Source: Acutalibacteraceae bacterium (GTDB taxonomy: Bacteria > Bacillota > Clostridia > Oscillospirales > Acutalibacteraceae). Taken from it: a DNA stretch of 64,000 nucleotides. A model generated the notes under the pieces. It saw only the letters and a list, made by a program, of their open reading frames with translations. It was not told the origin of the DNA and made no database searches. How positions within the stretch are numbered: position 1 is the stretch's first letter; the number at the start of each line of letters is the position of its first letter. The position numbers and the translations under genes are program-made. The stretch covers positions 5,145-69,144 of the forward strand of contig JAZNUD010000018.1 in the NCBI GenBank assembly GCA_045592085.1, written 5' to 3'. This document shows, piece by piece, positions 18,494 through 28,478 of this stretch.

Positions 18494-18762
18494 AAAAGAA
18501 ATATATCGCTCCCGAAAGTAAGCTGATTGTCGTGAATCTCAACGAGGGAATTGCCGCTGTTTCTGGCGGTATCTCCGAGGTTTCAGGCTCTGCCGTTATC
18601 AGATTCACCCATGATTTGGACGGCTGCAGAGGCCGCTACACGGGCATTGAAAGCGCAAAGGTTGACCCAAATATTGATACGTTTATGGGTTATTACAACC
18701 AGTTGACGGGTTACGGCGCAGACGTTTATTTCAACTGCTTCAAATATGTATTTAACGGATGA
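18490..18762 (+). CDS. Putative RiPP precursor peptide (90 aa)
   Basis: AAGGAG RBS; ATGA overlaps on both sides; leader MKKKYIAPESKL with YxxP RRE-binding motif; C-terminal part rich in Tyr/Phe/Gly with 2 Cys. Confidence 0.7.
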   Translation: MKKKYIAPESKLIVVNLNEGIAAVSGGISEVSGSAVIRFTHDLDGCRGRYTGIESAKVDPNIDTFMGYYNQLTGYGADVYFNCFKYVFNG

Positions 18763-19526
18763 TTATTAAAATTGCAGACCTGCCCGTTGAATGGCAGGAT
18801 GAATATTCGGATTTTGTCAGCGGTTTTTTGTGTCGGACAGACGAAAAGCCCGTTGTTTCCGTGCGTTTTGAAACGAAGCTGACAGAGAGCCACGGTGTTC
18901 AGTACGGTGACTTTCATCCCGATAGATTTCTTCGTCTTGAAAACGGTGAGTTTGCCCTTGCAAACGCCGATTGGAGCAGAGTTACCTCGTATTTTCCGAC
19001 GCAGAGCGGTATGTATGCTCTTCCTTTGTCGGCAATCTGCTCCCGTTTTTCATATCACGGTGCGTTCCTTATGCACGCCTCCTGCGTTGATTTCAACGGT
19101 GATGGCGTGATTTTTGCAGGTAATTCGGGCGTAGGCAAAACAACTCAGGCGGAGCTGTGGCAGAAGCATCTCGGTGCAGAGATTATTAACGGCGATAAGG
19201 CTTTTGTCCGTGAAATAAACGGTGAGTTTTACGGCTGCGGACTTCCGTGGAAGGGCTCGTCGGAATATTGCATCAACCGGAAAACGAGACTGAAGGGGAT
19301 AGTGGTTCTCCGTCAGGCAAAGGAAAACAGAATAACAAGGCTCGATGCGGCGAGGGCAACGGAATGCTTTATGCCCCATATTTTTATGCCGCATTGGGAT
19401 AAGGACTGTCTTGAAAACGTTCTCGGCATCTTCGGTAATGCAATCGAAAAAGTTCCCGTATATCTTCTCGAATGCAGACCCGATGAGGACGCTGTCAGGC
19501 TGACTTACGACACACTTTTCAGATAA
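18759..19526 (+). CDS. HPr kinase-like P-loop protein (ScmC/lasso-peptide kinase-like)
   Basis: LMHAS...IFAGNSGVGKTTQAELW...IINGDK...GLPWKGSS motifs. Confidence 0.85.
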   Translation: MIIKIADLPVEWQDEYSDFVSGFLCRTDEKPVVSVRFETKLTESHGVQYGDFHPDRFLRLENGEFALANADWSRVTSYFPTQSGMYALPLSAICSRFSYHGAFLMHASCVDFNGDGVIFAGNSGVGKTTQAELWQKHLGAEIINGDKAFVREINGEFYGCGLPWKGSSEYCINRKTRLKGIVVLRQAKENRITRLDAARATECFMPHIFMPHWDKDCLENVLGIFGNAIEKVPVYLLECRPDEDAVRLTYDTLFR

Positions 19527-19528
19527 AT

Positions 19529-19999
19529 ATGGAAAAATTGATTTGTTCATCGGCGGAATTCGTCGGATTAATTGAAGAAACTGTCGGCTCGGGAGGCACT
19601 ATGCCGATAGTGGTTACTGGCAACAGTATGCGTCCATTTCTTAAGGACGGAGAGCATACGGTTTGGCTTGAACGGTGCACCGATTCCGATTTCAAAAGAG
19701 GCAGAATATTTCTTTTCAGGCGCACTAACGGCAAAATCGTTCTCCACAGAGTGAGAAAGGTTAGACCCGACGGCGTGCTTGTTATGAACGGAGACGCACA
19801 GAATTGGTGTGAAAATATAGAGAAAAATCAGGTGCTTGCCGTTGTAACTCATATCGAAGCAAACGGCAAAAAGAAACCCTGCAAATCATTGTTTTACAGA
19901 ATGCGAACGGAAATCTGGCAGCTGCTTATGCCCGTGCGTCCGTTTGTTTTCAGAATAGTCAGAAAAATCAAAAGAACGTTCAGAAAACCGGAGAGATAA
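19529..19999 (+). CDS. S24/S26 family peptidase
   Basis: VTGNSMRPFL (Ser nucleophile), VLHRV and MNGDA motifs; no N-terminal TM. Confidence 0.85.
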   Translation: MEKLICSSAEFVGLIEETVGSGGTMPIVVTGNSMRPFLKDGEHTVWLERCTDSDFKRGRIFLFRRTNGKIVLHRVRKVRPDGVLVMNGDAQNWCENIEKNQVLAVVTHIEANGKKKPCKSLFYRMRTEIWQLLMPVRPFVFRIVRKIKRTFRKPER

Positions 20000-20000
20000 A

Positions 20001-21158
20001 ATGGGATATCCGACCGAAAAGTTAATAAAGCTTATCACTGCTGAAGTGCAGGGCAATGTACTGCCTGCGGATTTTTCGGTTACAGACAGTGAGCTTGCCG
20101 AAATGTATTCGGTCACGTGTACGCACAGTGTATCTCATCTGCTTGCATCGTCGCTGATAAATAATAATCTGCTTTCGGCAAGTCCTTTTGTCGGTGTATT
20201 CCGTGAAAGCATTTACTCAACTATTTACAGCTATGAAAAACGCAGCTATGCACTTGAAAGAGTCTGTGAAGCGCTTGAAAATGCAGGAATAGCGTATATT
20301 CCGCTTAAAGGCTCCGTGATAAAGGATTTTTACCCCGAGCCGTGGATGCGTACGGGCTGCGATATTGATATTCTCGTGCACGAAGAGGATTTGCGCAAAG
20401 CTGCAGACGCTTTGACGTCATCCCTCGGCTATAAAGAAGAGGGGAAGGGCAAGCACGATATCCAGATTCTTTCAACCGAAAACGTGTATATTGAGCTTCA
20501 TTTCAGCCTTCTTGAAGAAGAGGCTTCCCCTCAAATCGCAAAGGTGCTTGAGCAGGTATGGGATTATGCAAGGCCTGTTGAAAACGGAAAATACAGATAC
20601 AAGCTCGATGATGCGATGTTCTATTTTTATCACGTTGCCCATATGGCAAAGCATTTCATTGTCGGCGGCTGCGGAATGAGACCGTTTCTTGACCTTTGGA
20701 TAATGAGGGACAGGATAAACCGCGAATCGAAAGAGACAAAGCATTTGCTGAAAAAAGGCGGTCTTTCGGCGTTTGCGGAAATTGCCGAGGAGCTTTGTGA
20801 CGTCTGGTTTTCAGGCGGTGAGCACAGCAGAGTCACAAGGGTGATGGAAGAATTTATTCTTGAAGGCGGCTGCTTTGGTACACATGAAACGAAAATGCTT
20901 ACCGGGCAGCAAAAAGCAGGCGGAAAAGCAAAACATATTTTTTCCAGAATATTCATTCCGTATAACGAGCTGAAAAGACAGTATCCGATAATCAAAAAAT
21001 ATAAAATTCTGACTCCTTTCTGCGAAATTTGCAGATTGCTGTCACTTTTGTTTGGGAAAAAGAAAAATTTCAGGAAGAATTACATCGGAAAGCTGAGCGA
21101 TGTTTCCGATGAACGTATTGAAGATATAAATATGCTGTTTGAAAGCGTGGGATTTTAA
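20001..21158 (+). CDS. Nucleotidyltransferase family protein (NTP_transf_5-like)
   Basis: IPLKGSV..FYPEPWMRTGCDIDILV, IELHFSL and HMAKHF..GGCGMRPFLD motifs. Confidence 0.88.
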   Translation: MGYPTEKLIKLITAEVQGNVLPADFSVTDSELAEMYSVTCTHSVSHLLASSLINNNLLSASPFVGVFRESIYSTIYSYEKRSYALERVCEALENAGIAYIPLKGSVIKDFYPEPWMRTGCDIDILVHEEDLRKAADALTSSLGYKEEGKGKHDIQILSTENVYIELHFSLLEEEASPQIAKVLEQVWDYARPVENGKYRYKLDDAMFYFYHVAHMAKHFIVGGCGMRPFLDLWIMRDRINRESKETKHLLKKGGLSAFAEIAEELCDVWFSGGEHSRVTRVMEEFILEGGCFGTHETKMLTGQQKAGGKAKHIFSRIFIPYNELKRQYPIIKKYKILTPFCEICRLLSLLFGKKKNFRKNYIGKLSDVSDERIEDINMLFESVGF

Positions 21159-22558
21159 TGAAAGAGAAAAATACTCCCGATAACAACGTTAAAGGCGGAC
21201 TGATAAGAATATGTAAATTCGTGCATATCCTTATGACGATTGCGGTCAATGCCAATTGCCTTTATCACTACAACACCGTACACAATCACTACGGTGTAGG
21301 CGATACGAGATTTGTGCTTTTCGTTTTGCTTTATACGGGCGTGCTACTGTTTTCGCTTCGCACCTATAAATCATATGACTTCGGTTTTACCGAAAGCTCG
21401 ATGCTGGCTTATTCGCAGTCTCTTGCTGACGTTATTGCTGGCAGTGTGTTTTACGTTGTGTTTGTTATTGCGAACTCAAAGCTGTTTACGCCGCTGCCGC
21501 TGATATTTATGCTTCTTGTTCAGATTGTTATTAATTTTGTCTGGAGTTATCTGATAAATAAGCTGTATTTTAAAATTTATCCGCCCAAGAAAACCGCATT
21601 GATTTACGGCGATGAGGCGGCAATCAAGCGAATCGGCGATGCCTACAACCGCATCAGGAATTTTGAGATAGTTAAAAGAATCCGCATTCCCGAAGAAGAT
21701 AACGGCTGGCTCGACGAGCTTGACGGCTGCGAGGCGGTTTTTATTGCGGGATTACCTCATAAAACAAGAAATCTCACCCTTAAAATCTGTCTTGATAAGG
21801 GAATTGACTGCTATGCCGCACCGTATCTGGGCGATATCGTTATGATGGGTGCGGAGCATATGGATATGTTCAGCGTGCCTGTTTTCAGGACAAAAAGAGC
21901 AGCTCCGAAAATAGAATATGCCTTCATAAAGCGTGCAATTGATATTGCGGCTTCGCTTGTCGGAATTATCGTGCTCAGCCCCCTGATGGCGGTAACGGCA
22001 ATTGCAATCAGAGCGTATGACAAGGGACCTGCTTTATATAAGCAGGTGAGACTTACACGCAACGGCAAGGAATTCAAGATTCTTAAATTCCGCAGTATGC
22101 GGGTCAATGCCGAGAGTGACGGTGTTGCAAGGCTTGCAGGCGAGAACGATGACAGAATAACACCCGTCGGCAAGATTATCCGTGCGTGCCGTCTGGACGA
22201 GCTGCCCCAGCTTTTCAACATACTCAAGGGCGATATGACTATTGTAGGACCCAGACCCGAACGCCCCGAAATTGCAGCGCAGTATCAGGAGGTGCTTCCC
22301 GAGTTTGCTCTGCGGCTTCAGGTCAAAGCAGGTCTCACGGGACTTGCCCAGGTCTACGGCAGATATAATACCGAGCCTTATGATAAGCTCCAGATGGATT
22401 TGATGTATATTAACCAGATGTCGTTTGTCAAAGACCTCAGGCTTATGTTCGCAACGGTAAAAATACTCTTTATCAAGGACAGCACCCAAGGCACCGCCGC
22501 AGGCCAGACAACCGCCATGGCAGAGAAAAAAGAGGAAACGGATACAGTTACAAAATAA
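21158..22558 (+). CDS. Priming polyprenyl-phosphate glycosylphosphotransferase (CpsE/WcaJ-like)
   Basis: N-terminal TMs; IKRAIDI, KFRSM, RLDELPQLFNILKGDMTIVGPRPE and GLTGLAQV motifs. Confidence 0.95.
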   Translation: MKEKNTPDNNVKGGLIRICKFVHILMTIAVNANCLYHYNTVHNHYGVGDTRFVLFVLLYTGVLLFSLRTYKSYDFGFTESSMLAYSQSLADVIAGSVFYVVFVIANSKLFTPLPLIFMLLVQIVINFVWSYLINKLYFKIYPPKKTALIYGDEAAIKRIGDAYNRIRNFEIVKRIRIPEEDNGWLDELDGCEAVFIAGLPHKTRNLTLKICLDKGIDCYAAPYLGDIVMMGAEHMDMFSVPVFRTKRAAPKIEYAFIKRAIDIAASLVGIIVLSPLMAVTAIAIRAYDKGPALYKQVRLTRNGKEFKILKFRSMRVNAESDGVARLAGENDDRITPVGKIIRACRLDELPQLFNILKGDMTIVGPRPERPEIAAQYQEVLPEFALRLQVKAGLTGLAQVYGRYNTEPYDKLQMDLMYINQMSFVKDLRLMFATVKILFIKDSTQGTAAGQTTAMAEKKEETDTVTK

Positions 22559-22588
22559 AACTATCTGTGCAATGAAGCGGAGGATATT

Positions 22589-23791
22589 ATGAGCAATTCT
22601 CCTAGAAAAAAAATACTCTTAATAAATACTTTTTTTAAGGTTGGCGGAATTCAATCGTCTATGATAAATATGGCGAATCAGCTTTGTAATGACTATCAGG
22701 TTGATTTGTTGCTGTATTATCCTGAAGGTCCTTTGAAGGACAGACTTGATTCTAAGGTGAACATAATCAGACCCTGTTGGGCACTTAAAGCTTTGGGAAT
22801 GTCCGTTAGTGAAGCAATAAAATCCAGAAATCCTTTTATTGCACTGTTTAAGATTTTCGGTTCAGTATGGGCACGTATATTTGACAACAGATTACCAATC
22901 TGGATTGCTACAAAATTTGAAAAAAAGTTAAGCGGATATGATTTGGCGGTTGCATATCGACCTGAGACACGAAAAAAAATGTTATGTTCGGGTTTCGTCA
23001 GAGTGTTAACACGATGCGTTGACGCAAAGCAAAAAGCTGCGTGGATACATTATGATGCACTGACTCTTGATAACGACAGTAAATTTAATAAGAAATACTA
23101 TGAGCCTGTTGATAAAATTATCGGTGTTTCCGCATCTGTAGCGGAATCTTTTGCAACGGTGCATCCTGAGTTCAAACACAAAACGGACTTTTGTTATAAT
23201 TTTTATGAGTATGATAAAATCATAGACAAAAGTTTGGAAGAACAAACAATTAAGTTTCCTCAGGATAAAATTATCTGTTTTTCCGCTTGCCGTTTGAGTG
23301 TCGGAAAGGGAATTGTGAGAGGAATAAAAGCTTTTGCCCCTGTTTTGAGGGAACATAAGGATGTTTTGTGGTATATTGCGGGAGACGGACCCGAGAAAGA
23401 AAACATTGAATCAGCAATAAAAAAAGAAAATCTTGAAAGCAGGATTATTCTTCTCGGAAGCCAAAGCAATCCGTACAATTATATGAAAAACTCGGATTTG
23501 CTGATTATTTTATCTTATCATGAGGCAGCACCTATGGTATATAAAGAAGCCAAAGCGTTACACGTTCCCGTTTTTTCAACAAGAACCTCTTCAACGGAAG
23601 AAATGCTCAACGACGGAGTTGAGGATTTCATTTGCGAAAACTCGGAAGACGGAATCAGAGAGAGCTTTTCGGAGCTGATGAACAACAGAGAGAAGCTCTA
23701 CAGTGCAAAAAAAGCTCTTGACGGGTATTGCGGCAACAACAATGATTCGCTCAGTTTTTTTGCAAAATTGATAAGCGGTAAGGAGAACTAA
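22589..23791 (+). CDS. Glycosyltransferase, GT4-like
   Basis: GGIQSS, WIH, CRLSVGKG, GDGPE and SYHEAAPMVYKEA motifs. Confidence 0.9.
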   Translation: MSNSPRKKILLINTFFKVGGIQSSMINMANQLCNDYQVDLLLYYPEGPLKDRLDSKVNIIRPCWALKALGMSVSEAIKSRNPFIALFKIFGSVWARIFDNRLPIWIATKFEKKLSGYDLAVAYRPETRKKMLCSGFVRVLTRCVDAKQKAAWIHYDALTLDNDSKFNKKYYEPVDKIIGVSASVAESFATVHPEFKHKTDFCYNFYEYDKIIDKSLEEQTIKFPQDKIICFSACRLSVGKGIVRGIKAFAPVLREHKDVLWYIAGDGPEKENIESAIKKENLESRIILLGSQSNPYNYMKNSDLLIILSYHEAAPMVYKEAKALHVPVFSTRTSSTEEMLNDGVEDFICENSEDGIRESFSELMNNREKLYSAKKALDGYCGNNNDSLSFFAKLISGKEN

Positions 23792-23795
23792 TAAA

Positions 23796-24317
23796 ATGAA
23801 ATTGAAGAAAGCATTGGGATATTTCTTATATAATCTTATTGCAAAACATCTCCCGATTTCCAATTCAAAAATTAACATAGGACAAAAGGGCATCAGAGCT
23901 TTTTGTGCGAAGCTTATGTTAGATAAATGCGGAAAAAAAGTAAATATTCAAAAAGGCGCAGCTTTTTCTTCAAGGGTATCGCTCGGGGATTATTCCGGAA
24001 TAGGAATTGATGCTCGGATTAAAGGTAAGTGCACTATCGGAAAATACGTTATGATGGGACCTGATTGTACCATATACACACGCAATCACGAATTTTCCGA
24101 TTTGACCAAGCCGATGATGGAGCAGGGATACGGTGAAGAAAAAGAAGTGGTAATCGGTGATGACGTGTGGATTGGCGGAAACGTAACGATTCTTCCCGGA
24201 GTAAAAATAGGAAGCCACTCAATTATCGGTGCGTGCTCCGTAGTAACAAAAGATGTTCCGGAATATGCAATTGTTGCAGGAAACCCTGCACAGGTAAAGA
24301 AATACAGAAACCAATAA
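23796..24317 (+). CDS. Hexapeptide-repeat (LbH) sugar O-acetyltransferase
   Basis: VVIGDDVWIGGNVTILPGVKIG..SIIGACSVVTKDVP..IVAGNPA. Confidence 0.92.
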   Translation: MKLKKALGYFLYNLIAKHLPISNSKINIGQKGIRAFCAKLMLDKCGKKVNIQKGAAFSSRVSLGDYSGIGIDARIKGKCTIGKYVMMGPDCTIYTRNHEFSDLTKPMMEQGYGEEKEVVIGDDVWIGGNVTILPGVKIGSHSIIGACSVVTKDVPEYAIVAGNPAQVKKYRNQ

Positions 24318-24333
24318 AACGAGTACAAACGAG

Positions 24334-25647
24334 GTGACCGGCGTGATTTCAATAAAAGATAATAAAATTCGCTGGGCTATCTCGGCAACTTTGGCTTTGT
24401 TGATACTTTTTGGCACATACAGAAATGTTTTTTCACTTGCTGCATTTTTAATTATGTGTTTAATGCTTGCTTTTTGTGACAAGGAATCAAACTTATTGCA
24501 GATATTCTTTGTTATGCCAATGGCAAACATTTTCAAACTTTCTCCCGGCGTGCAATCCTTTTTTACGGTTATTATGCTGGTTTATGTTGTTTTGCATCTT
24601 GTTTTGCCGAGAAGGTCAACTCTTTTTGTGATGCTGTTTGCGATTTATGTGCTTTTAGGACAGTTTTTCTGCGGTAGCTTTAATCTGTTCAGGACAATAA
24701 AACTTGTATGCAATTTTTTGTTTTTATCCAGCACACTGAATTCGGATGTGAAAATCAATCATAAAGATGTATTTTTAAGCTATATAATCGGAAACATAGC
24801 AGCATCGGTTTTTGCAAAAATGGATTCAGGTTTCTTTAAAATAGAAAGCTACATAGGTGTTAAAGACCTTGGCGGATTAGGCGAGTTCAGCGATGTTGAG
24901 CGTTTTGCCGGATTATATACAGATCCGAATTACTATTCGATTTCTTTGATTATTTCGTTATGTTTGTTAGTTATTCTTTTATATAGGAATGAGATAGGTA
25001 ATTTTGAAACTATTTGCTATTCTTCAATCCTGCTTTATTTTTTGATTATAACATACAGTAAATCTGCTTTTTTTATGTTAAGCGTTCCATTTTTCTTTCT
25101 TGAATATACTTTTTATAAAAAAGGCAAATTCAAGCTACTTGTATTTTCGCTTTTTGCTGTTATAGCGGGGCTTCTACTTGCTTTTTCAGGCAAAATACCT
25201 GCACTTGATGTTATCGTTTCCAGAATTATGGAAACAGATTCTGAAAATTTTGATTTGAATCAGATTACGACCGGAAGATTTGATTTGTGGGTTAGTTATG
25301 CATCATATCTTATAACAAATATCAGAGCAGGCTTGTTTGGCGTTGGTATATCGACACCACTATTGAACGGACAAGCTGCACACAATACCTATTTCGATGT
25401 GCTTTACTATTTGGGTATCATAGGTGGTTTTTTATTGTTTGCTGTGCTTGCAACTGTATCATCACAAAGCATACAAACAAACATTAAACGCAATTTAATG
25501 AATTATAGTGTTATCTTTTGTGTTGTAATTATGTATTTTTTCTTAAGTGAATTATTCTATTATGATCCACCATTCCATTTGTTCCTGTCTTTAGCCGTTT
25601 TGAATTTACCGTTAAATAAGAATTCACATATTCACAATAATGTTTAA
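24334..25647 (+). CDS. wzy: Wzy polymerase / O-antigen ligase family membrane protein
   Basis: Polytopic; RFAGLYTDPNYY, TYSKS, TTGRFDLW and AHNTYFDVL motifs; AT-rich. Confidence 0.8.
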   Translation: MTGVISIKDNKIRWAISATLALLILFGTYRNVFSLAAFLIMCLMLAFCDKESNLLQIFFVMPMANIFKLSPGVQSFFTVIMLVYVVLHLVLPRRSTLFVMLFAIYVLLGQFFCGSFNLFRTIKLVCNFLFLSSTLNSDVKINHKDVFLSYIIGNIAASVFAKMDSGFFKIESYIGVKDLGGLGEFSDVERFAGLYTDPNYYSISLIISLCLLVILLYRNEIGNFETICYSSILLYFLIITYSKSAFFMLSVPFFFLEYTFYKKGKFKLLVFSLFAVIAGLLLAFSGKIPALDVIVSRIMETDSENFDLNQITTGRFDLWVSYASYLITNIRAGLFGVGISTPLLNGQAAHNTYFDVLYYLGIIGGFLLFAVLATVSSQSIQTNIKRNLMNYSVIFCVVIMYFFLSELFYYDPPFHLFLSLAVLNLPLNKNSHIHNNV

Positions 25648-25659
25648 AAGGAAAGAAGA

Positions 25660-26889
25660 ATGAAAGTACTTTTTGTTTTAGAGGATAATTTCCCGAAGAG
25701 CGGAGCTTGTACCAGTTTATTGAATAATATTCTTTATGAGGGTGGTTTGCTCAAAAAAGTTTCGATCATTGATGTTTTGGCCGTGAAAAGCAGTTATACG
25801 CAAAGAAAAAAAGAGATTGCAAATAAAATTACTGTTCATAACTGTGTGCTGATATCCAAGGTTCCGACTTGTCAGTATAAGCGTGCACTTTTCAAGCATC
25901 CATTTAAGCTGTTAGCGGTTGTAGCTGAAAAAATGTTTTCTGTCCCAAAAACAGATTTAATTGGAAAGGTTTTTGACACAAGAAACTCAAAAGAAATTAA
26001 AAAATCATTAAGAGATATTAAACCTGCTGATTACGATGCGATAATAGCTGTTGTTGGGCGGTTTGACGTTGCAGTTGCGACGATGGAATATAAAAGAGAA
26101 AATCCTGCTGCCAAGCTATTGATTTATCAGGTGGATCCATGTTCTTCGAACGAAATGTATTCATCGTCGGTGAAAGAAAAACTCAGTGAATTTGAAAAAG
26201 AAATGTATTTAGTTTCCGACGGAATTATAACCACTCCAATACTCCTTGAAGAGTCAAAACTGAAATACCCTAAGGATATTGTTGATAAAATGACTCCAAT
26301 GGAGTTTCCTAATGTTGTTCCATTTGTGAAAAAACATAAAAGCGATTCATCGAAAATCCGCTGTCTTTTTGCAGGTAGCATTTATGGTGATTTTCGCAAT
26401 CCCGATTACACGTTAAAACTTTTTGATGAAGTTATTTCTGAAGTTTCGTTCGAGATGATAGGTGCAGTAAAACCGGCAGTTAAAGAAACTTTCAATTCAC
26501 ATAAAGTTTTGTATCACGGTTCAATGTCCCTTGAGGAAACAAAATCTCAGCTTGCCTCTGCAGATATTCTTGTAAACATCGGCAACAGAATGCTCAATCA
26601 GGTGCCGAGCAAGATTTTTGAGTATATTTCTTACGGCAAGCCGATAATCAATATATGTAAAAACAGAAATTGTCCTACGTTGCCTTATCTTGAGAAATAT
26701 CCTTATGCCCTTAATCTGTTTGAAGAAGACGAGATTTTTGAAGAGCAGGTAAGTTTGCTAAACGAATTTATTCTGAATAATTATAAAAATAGAATGCCCC
26801 CTGACGAAATCTCAAGGGTGTTCGAAACCTGCACACCGCAATATTGCGCAAAGCAGATGCTTGATGTTTTGAAAGACATTTGCAAATAA
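25660..26889 (+). CDS. Glycosyltransferase (GT-B, GT4-like)
   Basis: FAGSIYG and ADILVNIGN...QVPSKIFEYISYGKPII motifs. Confidence 0.8.
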   Translation: MKVLFVLEDNFPKSGACTSLLNNILYEGGLLKKVSIIDVLAVKSSYTQRKKEIANKITVHNCVLISKVPTCQYKRALFKHPFKLLAVVAEKMFSVPKTDLIGKVFDTRNSKEIKKSLRDIKPADYDAIIAVVGRFDVAVATMEYKRENPAAKLLIYQVDPCSSNEMYSSSVKEKLSEFEKEMYLVSDGIITTPILLEESKLKYPKDIVDKMTPMEFPNVVPFVKKHKSDSSKIRCLFAGSIYGDFRNPDYTLKLFDEVISEVSFEMIGAVKPAVKETFNSHKVLYHGSMSLEETKSQLASADILVNIGNRMLNQVPSKIFEYISYGKPIINICKNRNCPTLPYLEKYPYALNLFEEDEIFEEQVSLLNEFILNNYKNRMPPDEISRVFETCTPQYCAKQMLDVLKDICK

Positions 26890-26892
26890 AAT

Positions 26893-26925
26893 AACGGGAT
26901 GCCTGATGTTCGGGCATCCCGTTTT
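26893..26925. terminator. Bidirectional terminator between convergent GT and wzx
   Basis: AACGGGATGCCTGA/TCGGGCATCCCGTT stem with A- and T-rich flanks. Confidence 0.8.
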
Positions 26926-26926
26926 G

Positions 26927-28471
26927 TCATTTTGTGTGGTGAAGCTTCTTAAAGATTTTTCGAACAGGGGCGAGTATAAGATTCTTTTCGTAGCTGTTCA
27001 TACCAATAAACCACATTGATGTGCAGTATGTTAAAGAGTAGATTGCGATTCCTGAAATAAGCATTACATACGTTGACATATCAATAAAAGCATTAATGAC
27101 TACACCAACGATACAAGGTATTATTAATCCGACGGAAAGCCGCAGAATGCTTTTCCAGAAAGCAAAAATATCCAATGAACATTTTTGGTGATAAAAAATG
27201 TTGATTACTAATCCGTTGACGAAAAGGTATGCGATAGCGGTGCCGATAGTTGCACCTACGACTCCGTATTTTTGACAAAGAATAATGGTTAAACCGATAT
27301 TGATTAACGCCATTATAAGGTAAACGATACTTCTGAATCCGTGTTTATTAAGGCCTCGTTGAACCTCTATTCCGATGTTTTGAATAACGTCAATTGTTGA
27401 AGAGAGTACCAGGATAATGGTGACGTAATATGATAAATTATATTCGTTTCCGACCCAAAGGTTAATAAACTGTTTGCCAAAAAAGACAAGGCCTGATGCA
27501 ATCAGAAAAACAATAAGAGATTGAATTCTTCCGACTTTGATAAACAACTCTGTCAACCGCTCCTTCTGGAGATGAAGGTGCTCTTTAGTTTCGTTAATTA
27601 TTTTGTGGACACGAGGAGTGAACACATGGGAGATAGCTGTTGAAAAAAGCATATAGTAATGATGGAGAGAATAGCCCACAGCGTAGATTGCAACCGCTTC
27701 TGTTCCGAGAAATCTGCCGAGCAAAACTTTGTCTACGTTGGTGTTTATTTGATCAACAATAAGGTGAACTGCGATGAAAAAAGAAAAAGTAAATACACTT
27801 TTGAAAAGTTCAGGCGGGATTTTGCGAAAAGAAAAGCGAGCGTCAAGAAACTTTTTTGCATAAATAAAATATACAACGTCAGTAATGATTGCCAGTGCAA
27901 CTGTGGAGGAAACCAATGCAACTGAACCGAAACCAGATAAAAGAAGAGGTATTGTTATCATTGGTCCGGACAGGGTTTTTATTATTCCGAAAAGTTTGAA
28001 AAACAAAAATTTCTCATGAGCATTAATAATGTTTTGAAAAACACTCATTGGAAATGAAATCGCCATATTGATACTGAGGATAATCATAAGCTTTTTGGCG
28101 GTTTCATATTCTGAAATCGTGAGACCATCGCTGAAAACCATTTCAAGATTGTTTGAAAGAAAGAGTCCGCAAATCAAAGCTATCGCGCCTATGCCGCTGA
28201 AAATCAGTAAAAAAAGCCCATTAAGCTTAGCAAGAGATTTCTGATCTCCCGAAACCTTGTACTCCATAAAATAGCGAACATAGCTTCCGGTAAAGCCGAG
28301 GTTGAGAACACCGAGCATAGAAATTGTGGCGGATACCGTGCTGTAAAGTCCATACTCACTCTGCCCAAGAATACTGAGCATAAAAGGCGTATACAGTAAA
28401 CTTATGGCAATATTCAGAAACATATTAAAATATGACAGTAATGAACCTATTTTGAGTTGATTTTGTTTCAA
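26927..28471 (-). CDS. wzx: Wzx oligosaccharide flippase
   Basis: About 14 TMs; LLYTPFML..LGQSEYGLY and DQINTNVDKVLLG..AVAIYAVG motifs. Confidence 0.9.
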   Translation of the reverse strand: MKQNQLKIGSLLSYFNMFLNIAISLLYTPFMLSILGQSEYGLYSTVSATISMLGVLNLGFTGSYVRYFMEYKVSGDQKSLAKLNGLFLLIFSGIGAIALICGLFLSNNLEMVFSDGLTISEYETAKKLMIILSINMAISFPMSVFQNIINAHEKFLFFKLFGIIKTLSGPMITIPLLLSGFGSVALVSSTVALAIITDVVYFIYAKKFLDARFSFRKIPPELFKSVFTFSFFIAVHLIVDQINTNVDKVLLGRFLGTEAVAIYAVGYSLHHYYMLFSTAISHVFTPRVHKIINETKEHLHLQKERLTELFIKVGRIQSLIVFLIASGLVFFGKQFINLWVGNEYNLSYYVTIILVLSSTIDVIQNIGIEVQRGLNKHGFRSIVYLIMALINIGLTIILCQKYGVVGATIGTAIAYLFVNGLVINIFYHQKCSLDIFAFWKSILRLSVGLIIPCIVGVVINAFIDMSTYVMLISGIAIYSLTYCTSMWFIGMNSYEKNLILAPVRKIFKKLHHTK

Positions 28472-28478
28472 ATTAATA

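Noticed and set aside
17176-21158. Canonical lasso peptide cluster
   Set aside because: No transglutaminase-like B2 protease or adjacent cyclase, and no Thr at -2 before a plausible ring; a radical SAM and an S24/S26 peptidase are present instead.
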